From: Alphaproteobacteria bacterium
GTDB taxonomy: Bacteria > Pseudomonadota > Alphaproteobacteria > RF32 > CAG-239
Assembly: GCA_017477185.1 (NCBI GenBank)
Contig: JAFUXF010000035.1
Span: 100,851 to 164,850 of the forward strand
Direction of reading: 5' to 3'
Length of the DNA: 64,000 nt
Of this stretch, positions 58,050-64,000 are shown in pieces. How positions within the stretch are numbered: the stretch's first letter is position 1; the number at the start of each line of letters is the position of its first letter. Made by a program: the position numbers and the translations under genes. A model generated the notes under the pieces. That model saw nothing but the letters and a program-made list of their open reading frames with translations. It searched no databases and was not told where the DNA came from.

Positions 58050-60788
58050 ATGAGCAAAAAAGTTTGTTTAATTGATGGTTCCGGCTACATTTTCCGTGCC
58101 TTTTATGCCCTTCCGCCGATGAGTGCCCCCAATGGCACTCCGGTCAATGCCGTTTACGGCTTTACCAATATGTTCTTAAAACTCACCCAACGCCTGCAGT
58201 GCGACTACAGCCTTGTTTTATTTGACGCTAAACGGCAGAACTATCGTAATGACATCTTCCCTGATTACAAAGGCACACGCAAAGAAACGCCCGAAGAGCT
58301 GATTCCGCAATTTGCTGTTATCCGTGAGGCATTAGACGCCCTCAACATTCACTACCTCGACATGGAAGGCTATGAGGCTGACGACCTGATTGCCACTTAT
58401 ACGGAGCAAAGTCTGGGCAAGAATTATGACGTAACTGTGATTTCGGCTGATAAAGACCTCATGCAGCTCATCCGTCCGCACGTCGAGTTTTACGACCCGA
58501 TGAAAGACAAATTTTTCACCCCCGAAGATGTCAAAGAAAAGTTCGGGGTCTACCCCGACAAAGTCATTGATGTTCAAGCCCTTGCCGGTGACAGTATCGA
58601 TAATATCCCCGGTGTTCCCGGAATTGGTCTGAAAACGGCGGCAGAACTGGTCAATCAGTTCGGCTCTCTGGAAGAGGTTTTAGCCCGTGCCGCTGAAATC
58701 AAACAGAACAAACGCCGCGAAACGATTATGAATAACAGTGAACAGGCTCGTATTTCACTAAAACTTGTGACCCTAAAAAATGACGTTCCTATTAACCACG
58801 CCATCGAAGACTATCCTTGTCAAACTCCCGTAAAAAACAATGTGATGGAATTTGTTGATAAATACGCCTTTAACGGCATTCGCCCGCGTATCGAAAAATG
58901 GGTTGATGAGCAATGCCAAACCCACACAACACCGGCACAAATAAAGCAAAACTATACGCTTATCACTACCGAGGCAGACCTAAAAGCATTTTGCCGCCGC
59001 ATTGAACAAAGCGGTCGTTTTGCTTTTAATGTCGAGACAACCGGAATTAATCCTCAATTTAATAAAATCATCGGTTTTTCACTTTGTGATACAGCCGGAA
59101 ATGCCTGCTACGTCCCTGTTTGCACCACGCAAAACGCCCCCGCAAATCTAGATTTATTCGCCGCCGCAGCACCCAAAACCGAAGGTCTAACCCCACAAAC
59201 ACTCCGCCAATACCTTGCACCGCTTTTTAAGGCACAATCGATTCTCAAGATTAGTCATGATGCCAAATTCAACATCCACTTTATGAAACAAATCATGGGT
59301 GCGGAACAAACATTTACCCCGCTTGAAGATACGTCTGTTCTCTCTTATGTGTTAGACAGTTCAAACCACAAACATACAATTCCCGAACTGGCAGAACTCT
59401 TTTTGGATATTCAAACAACGCCTCTGGAGTCTCTCACCGGCACCGGTAAAAACAAAACTGACATTGCGGATTTACCACCTTCGATTCTCCTCGAATATGC
59501 CGCCCAAAAATCCGATATAACCATGCGCCTGTATGATCTTTTCCGCACCCGCTTGTATCAAGAAAAACAAATAAGTGTTTATGAAGACCTTGATCGCCCG
59601 CTTATACCTGTTTTGCAAAAAATGGAACAAGAAGGCATTATGGTTGACGCCCCGCAACTAAAAAAACTAAGCACCGAATTATCGCAAACCCTACAAACTT
59701 ACGAGCAAGAAATTTATAAAATTGCCGGTCGCGAATTTAATCTCGGCTCACCGAAACAAATCGGCGAAGTTCTGTTTGATGGAACCGGTATTAAGGGCAA
59801 AAAAACCTCTACCGGTGCATGGCAAACCGGTGCTGATGTGCTGGAAAACTTAGCCGAAGACGGCAATTTATTAGCATCCAAAATCTTAGAATGGCGCGCC
59901 TTTAGCAAGCTCAAATCGACTTATACGGATACCTTGCTTGAACAATTGGATAAGAACTCTCGTCTTCACACCACCTTCAGTCAAATAGCCGTTAATACCG
60001 GTCGTTTAGCCTCATCTAACCCGAACCTGCAAAACATTCCTATCCGCAGTCCCGAGGGGAAAAAAATTCGCTCATGTTTTATCGCCAAGCCGGAACATAA
60101 AATTATTTCCTGCGACTACTCTCAGGTTGAATTACGCCTGCTCGCTGTCGTCGCTGATGTTAAAGGCTTAAAGCAAGCTTTCTTAGACGGGCAGGATATT
60201 CACGCTGCCACCGCCGCAAAAGTGTTTAACGTCCCCTTATCTGAGGTTACACCGGATTTACGCCGTCATGCCAAAGCGATTAATTTTGGTATTGTTTACG
60301 GTATTTCCCAATTCGGCTTAGCGCGACAAATTGACGTCTCTCCGGCGGAAGCTAAAAATTATATCGATTCGTATTTTGAGAAAATGCCCGAGATTAAACA
60401 CTTTATGGATGAAACCATCGCTTTTGCCCACAAACATGGGTATGTCGTCACCCCGTTCGGGCGTAAATGTCCGGTTTTCGGGATTAATGACCCAAACAAG
60501 CGCCTCGTTCAAAATGCGGAACGTGCCGCTATTAATGCCCCGATTCAAGGCGGGGCGGCGGACATTATTAAAATGGCAATGCGTGTCGTTGATGAAAACC
60601 TGAGAGTAGAAAACTTCAAAACTAAAATGCTTTTGCAAGTCCACGATGAACTGATTTTTGAGGCGCCGCTTGATGAGATTGACGCTGTCAGCAAAATGAT
60701 TAAAGAGACCATGCAAAATGTCGTCGCTTATGATATTCCGTTCATTGCCGAACTCGGCATCGGCGATAATTGGACTGAGGCGCACTAA
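58050..60788 (+). CDS. polA: DNA polymerase I
   Basis: LIDGSGYIFRAFYA, GYEADD, DYSQVELR, KAINFGIVYG, LQVHDELIFE. Confidence 0.99.
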   Translation: MSKKVCLIDGSGYIFRAFYALPPMSAPNGTPVNAVYGFTNMFLKLTQRLQCDYSLVLFDAKRQNYRNDIFPDYKGTRKETPEELIPQFAVIREALDALNIHYLDMEGYEADDLIATYTEQSLGKNYDVTVISADKDLMQLIRPHVEFYDPMKDKFFTPEDVKEKFGVYPDKVIDVQALAGDSIDNIPGVPGIGLKTAAELVNQFGSLEEVLARAAEIKQNKRRETIMNNSEQARISLKLVTLKNDVPINHAIEDYPCQTPVKNNVMEFVDKYAFNGIRPRIEKWVDEQCQTHTTPAQIKQNYTLITTEADLKAFCRRIEQSGRFAFNVETTGINPQFNKIIGFSLCDTAGNACYVPVCTTQNAPANLDLFAAAAPKTEGLTPQTLRQYLAPLFKAQSILKISHDAKFNIHFMKQIMGAEQTFTPLEDTSVLSYVLDSSNHKHTIPELAELFLDIQTTPLESLTGTGKNKTDIADLPPSILLEYAAQKSDITMRLYDLFRTRLYQEKQISVYEDLDRPLIPVLQKMEQEGIMVDAPQLKKLSTELSQTLQTYEQEIYKIAGREFNLGSPKQIGEVLFDGTGIKGKKTSTGAWQTGADVLENLAEDGNLLASKILEWRAFSKLKSTYTDTLLEQLDKNSRLHTTFSQIAVNTGRLASSNPNLQNIPIRSPEGKKIRSCFIAKPEHKIISCDYSQVELRLLAVVADVKGLKQAFLDGQDIHAATAAKVFNVPLSEVTPDLRRHAKAINFGIVYGISQFGLARQIDVSPAEAKNYIDSYFEKMPEIKHFMDETIAFAHKHGYVVTPFGRKCPVFGINDPNKRLVQNAERAAINAPIQGGAADIIKMAMRVVDENLRVENFKTKMLLQVHDELIFEAPLDEIDAVSKMIKETMQNVVAYDIPFIAELGIGDNWTEAH

Positions 60789-60840
60789 TATATTCTCCTC
60801 ACTTCATTATACTGGCACTTGATACCGGAATCTAACATTA

Positions 60841-60930
60841 TTCTTCCTCCCCTTTTTGTGCCCTTTTCTTCCTCCCCTTTTTGTGCCCTTTTCTTCCTCC
60901 CCTTTTTGTGCCCTTTTCTTCCTCCCCTTT
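60841..60930. repeat. Tandem repeat, 25-bp unit x3.6 (ttcttcctcccctttttgtgccctt)
   Basis: Exact copies start at 60841, 60866 and 60891, with a partial at 60916 that runs into a CTCCCCTT/AAGGGGAG palindrome. Confidence 0.95.
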
Positions 60931-60955
60931 GTAAGGGGAGGTTAGGAGGGGTTTA

Positions 60956-60982
60956 ATCATTACCGAGCTTGACTCGGTAATC
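60956..60982. repeat. REP-like palindrome
   Basis: attaccgag-cttga-ctcggtaat. Confidence 0.55.
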
Positions 60983-61311
60983 TACCTGAGTCTGTTCTCG
61001 CGCGCTAAAAGCGCTGTGAGAACAAAGGGGACAGTCGGCAAGGAGCAAAGCAGTCTTTGCGACTTGTCAATATTAAAGGTATCAAATTCCCTCAAAAACA
61101 TTAGAGAAAAATTTACCATTTCGGGTGTATAAATAACCTGTTTGTAGATGTGTATCAACTGTGAATTTTTTGTTACAGGAAAATTTATATTGATATTTCA
61201 ATCGGTTATCATGCTTTTGGACGATCAGATTTATCTGGAAAAAAACACCAAAATCGGTTATTCTAAAAGGGTAGATGATTTTAATTTATAACATAGATAA
61301 GGAGAAAGACT

Positions 61312-61686
61312 ATGAACTTCTTGAAAAAAAATATTTGGACAATCTGCTCATGGGCATTTGTCTTAACATTATTGGCTGCTGACTCTTTTGCTGCCGGTGA
61401 AGGTTCATCTTTAATGACCACCGCCCAAACAAAAGCAACCAATGTCTTCCAGTCAGTCAAAACCATCACATTTATTATCGGTGGTTTCGGTTTGATTGGT
61501 ATTGCTTACCAAGCAATTATCGGCAAAGTAAAATGGTCTTGGTTTGCAGGTCTGGCTGTTGGTTTGGCATTGCTCGCCGCTGCCGGTGCAATTGTTGAGT
61601 ACGCAACAGGTGCTTCTGGTTACTCTGGATCAGATTCAAAAACCGGTTTAGGCGATACATTCTCTACTGGTTCTACTTATAAATAA
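61312..61686 (+). CDS. VirB2/TrbC-like pilin 1
   Basis: AAGGAG RBS, signal peptide ending SFA, two hydrophobic helices around a basic loop: IIGGFGLIGIAYQAIIGKVKWSWFAGLAVGLALL. Confidence 0.75.
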   Translation: MNFLKKNIWTICSWAFVLTLLAADSFAAGEGSSLMTTAQTKATNVFQSVKTITFIIGGFGLIGIAYQAIIGKVKWSWFAGLAVGLALLAAAGAIVEYATGASGYSGSDSKTGLGDTFSTGSTYK

Positions 61687-61713
61687 ACCGCAAGAGAATA
61701 TCTGTTAACTAAA

Positions 61714-61779
61714 AAAAGGAAGGTGCAACATGAAAAATTTAGCTCTAAATCGCTCACGACACCTTCCTTTTGTTTTTTT
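61714..61779 (+). terminator. Terminator/attenuator-like hairpin between pilin genes
   Basis: 12-bp perfect stem aaaaggaaggtg/caccttcctttt followed by a T tract. Confidence 0.55.
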
Positions 61780-61798
61780 GAAACAAGGAAAAGAAGAA

Positions 61799-62149
61799 AT
61801 GCTGCACATAAATTTAAAGAAATTTTTGCTCGCCGCCGTCATGGTGTTGTTATGTTCTTCAATTTTATTTGTAGCAGATTCGCACGCCGAAGAGTTATTT
61901 GGCGATTTAGCCAAACATGGTGGTAAAATTTTTACCGGCATGCGTGAAATCATTTACGCCGTATCCGGTTTTGGTATTATTGCGATTGCAATAGGATCAA
62001 TTTTTGGACAAGTCAATTACAAATGGCTGACGGCTATTTTGATTGGTTTGTTCGTTATTGCAGCAACAGCGGCAATCATCAACTACATGGTTGATGACAA
62101 CGTTGTTACAACAGAAATGATTACTGACAGCCTTAAAAGCGGTCAGTAG
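61799..62149 (+). CDS. VirB2/TrbC-like pilin 2
   Basis: Signal peptide ending SHA, AVSGFGIIAIAIGSIFGQVNYKWLTAILIGLFVI; alternative start 61730 lies inside the hairpin. Confidence 0.75.
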   Translation: MLHINLKKFLLAAVMVLLCSSILFVADSHAEELFGDLAKHGGKIFTGMREIIYAVSGFGIIAIAIGSIFGQVNYKWLTAILIGLFVIAATAAIINYMVDDNVVTTEMITDSLKSGQ

Positions 62150-62164
62150 AAAATATACAGGATA

Positions 62165-62257
62165 GTCATTCCGAGCAAACGAAGCATAATTCGGGATTTA
62201 ATATTAAAGAAAACAGATTCCATAAATATTAGACTCCGGCTTGGTGGTCGAAGTGAT
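62165..62257. repeat. Degenerate GTCATT-tagged REP-like pair
   Basis: gtcattccgag...tcgggatt and actccggcttggtggtcgaagtgat. Confidence 0.4.
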
Positions 62258-62313
62258 AAAAGAGAAAAACAAAATAACAAGCTGCACAGCAGCAAGACTA
62301 AGGAGGATGTGCC

Positions 62314-64000
62314 ATGACGATGATGACTAAAGCAATGAAAGGTATTTCATTCCTGCTGTGCGTGGGCTTTTTAAGTGTTGCAACAACTGATGTTTGGGCA
62401 AAAAGTGCTGCTAAAATGTTAGCAGATTATGAAGCAAAACTTGCTGATACAGAGACTTATGGAACTTGTGAAAGTGCTAATACTATCATCAAAAATTACA
62501 AAAAAAACGGACGTGATTGTGCTAAAGAAACAACTGAAGAAAAAAGTGCACAATCTGCTTTAGATAATGTCTGTAATATGTATAAATCTATTAAAGCCGA
62601 ATACGAAAAATGTACTTCCGGAAAAATGGATAAATCTAAAGCCGCCGCTCAAGCACTGGCTACAGCTCAAAAAACTTTATCTAAATGTTTAAGCTACCAA
62701 GAAAAGCTGTTAAATGAGATAGAAACGGAGTTAAGTGACTGTAAAAAAGCTAAAAAAGCGCAGGAACAAGCCAATAAAGCGGATGAAAAAGCCGATAAAG
62801 CAGCGGCTGAGAATGATAAAGCTCAAGAAGCTCTGGAAAAAGCCGAGGCTGAATATAATCAAGCTACTGCTGCTTGTGAAAATGGAGATCAAAATGCCTG
62901 TAATTCTATGAAAAGTCTGTATAAAGCTTACGAGAAAGCCGCTAAAAAAGCTGGCAAAACCGCAAAAGCAGAAAAAGAGGCTTTTGATAATGCAGAAAAC
63001 AAAAATCAAGCAGCGCAAAATGCCGCTGCTTCGACATGTGCGGCCAATACCGTCTGGAATCCCTTTTTACAAGCTTGTGCTTGGTTCTCAGATACTAAAT
63101 CAGAAAGTGAGGATAAGCAACTTCTGAAGTCTCTTAAGGAATGTCTTGGATCCGATACAAGCAGGAAAACTATAGAAGCTTGCCTTGCTAAAAAGAAGGA
63201 AGAAGATAAACAGACAAAAGAATTAATAGATGATTTAATATGTGACGGCAAAGGTATTTATGATGATACGACAGATACTTGCCGTCCATATACAGAAGAA
63301 GAAGCAGCAGCTAAGAAAAAAGCTGAAGAAGCTAAAAAAGCAGCCGAAGACGCAGCCAAGGAAAAAGAAGAGGCAGAAAAAGCCTATAGTGATTGTGTCA
63401 AAGAAAAAGGTGCTGAAGCTTGTTTAGAAGAAGCAAATCGATTGTCGGATGCTACTTATAATCTAGGAAAATTGGCTCCCCAAACAGATCCCGAAGGAAA
63501 TGGCAGCGACAACTCAGGTGCGACTAATGCTGAAATCCAAAAAATGGTAGATGCCGCAACCAAACCAAGATGCTCCGGCGTCAGCAAAACTGGTGAAGCC
63601 CACGGAACATTCGGTATTTTCGATTATCTCGCTTGTAAAATTACCACCGTTGTTGCTGATTTGCGGGTTATTGTCTACATCTTAGCCGGATTCGGTATGA
63701 TTGCCTTTGCTTATTCCGCAATTATCGGTAAGATTAACTTCAAGCAGCTTGCCAATATTGGCATTGGTCTGTTCATTCTCTCGATGACAACCGGTATTAT
63801 TGAAGAGATTGTTTTTAATGACGGCACTTCACATCTGCAGTATGGAGACTTTTTACCCAACGGCAACCATGAACAATACTTCCAAACAAGCACGAATTGC
63901 AGTACTAATCGAAAGCTTTGTCCGGATGTTAACATTACAGCTGATGGCGCAGACGCCGCTGGTAAAAAATGGAGTATTAAAGACCTGAAAAGCACCATCC
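62314..64000 (+). CDS. Large secreted Cys-rich/coiled-coil protein with an internal VirB2-like pilin hairpin; 3'-truncated by the window edge (>562 aa)
   Basis: Manual translation: AGGAGG RBS, ATG 62314, no in-frame stop to 64000; signal peptide ending VWA; pilin-like segment at about 63619-63816. Confidence 0.85.
   Translation, partial: MTMMTKAMKGISFLLCVGFLSVATTDVWAKSAAKMLADYEAKLADTETYGTCESANTIIKNYKKNGRDCAKETTEEKSAQSALDNVCNMYKSIKAEYEKCTSGKMDKSKAAAQALATAQKTLSKCLSYQEKLLNEIETELSDCKKAKKAQEQANKADEKADKAAAENDKAQEALEKAEAEYNQATAACENGDQNACNSMKSLYKAYEKAAKKAGKTAKAEKEAFDNAENKNQAAQNAAASTCAANTVWNPFLQACAWFSDTKSESEDKQLLKSLKECLGSDTSRKTIEACLAKKKEEDKQTKELIDDLICDGKGIYDDTTDTCRPYTEEEAAAKKKAEEAKKAAEDAAKEKEEAEKAYSDCVKEKGAEACLEEANRLSDATYNLGKLAPQTDPEGNGSDNSGATNAEIQKMVDAATKPRCSGVSKTGEAHGTFGIFDYLACKITTVVADLRVIVYILAGFGMIAFAYSAIIGKINFKQLANIGIGLFILSMTTGIIEEIVFNDGTSHLQYGDFLPNGNHEQYFQTSTNCSTNRKLCPDVNITADGADAAGKKWSIKDLKSTI

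Noticed and set aside
60318-60785. 155-aa minus-strand ORF
   Set aside because: Antisense shadow of polA
60841-60930. Mini CRISPR array
   Set aside because: Units are contiguous with no spacers; it is a simple tandem repeat
62731-63998. Track ORFs 62731-63018, 63006-63251, 63242-63427, 63711-63998 and 63800-63988
   Set aside because: All are alternative-frame or antisense shadows of the long open frame starting at 62314

Overview
Chromosomal window of an AT-rich alphaproteobacterium. The lineage is inferred from the GroEL, TypA, DnaE, NusG, RpsU and dcw proteins and the gpmI-envC-ctpA-deacetylase-rppH operon; ack/pta, a ferredoxin and Bacteroidales-like pyrE/pyrF suggest a fermentative gut lineage such as the uncultured RF32-type Rhodospirillales. 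Most of the window is housekeeping: groEL/ES, htpG, typA, def, nusB, nrdR, murF, dnaE, rpsU, secE-nusG, mscL, two ackA, pta, a stripped mraY-ftsW-murG-murB-ftsQ-ftsA cluster, pyrE/F, gpmI operon, a class A PBP, polA, and three tRNAs (Gly-GCC, Leu-CAG, Arg-ACG). The most unusual signals are five. (1) Two ~175-210 bp elements downstream of tRNA-Gly and tRNA-Arg share one architecture but are each built from pieces of their own neighbouring tRNA: an inverted copy of the 3' end plus a T-arm copy split by ~80 nt. (2) A tandem of three VirB2/TrbC-like pilin hairpins at the right edge, the third embedded in a >560-aa Cys-rich coiled-coil secreted protein that the ORF track missed. (3) An AT-rich cassette with a serum-amyloid-A-like domain protein followed by two small membrane proteins. 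(4) About ten RPE-like palindromic miniature elements, five of which contain the stop codon of the adjacent gene. (5) A tandem covarying hairpin leader in front of typA. No CRISPR array, rRNA, integrase or transposase was seen. All family assignments come from motif recognition by eye; no database search was run.
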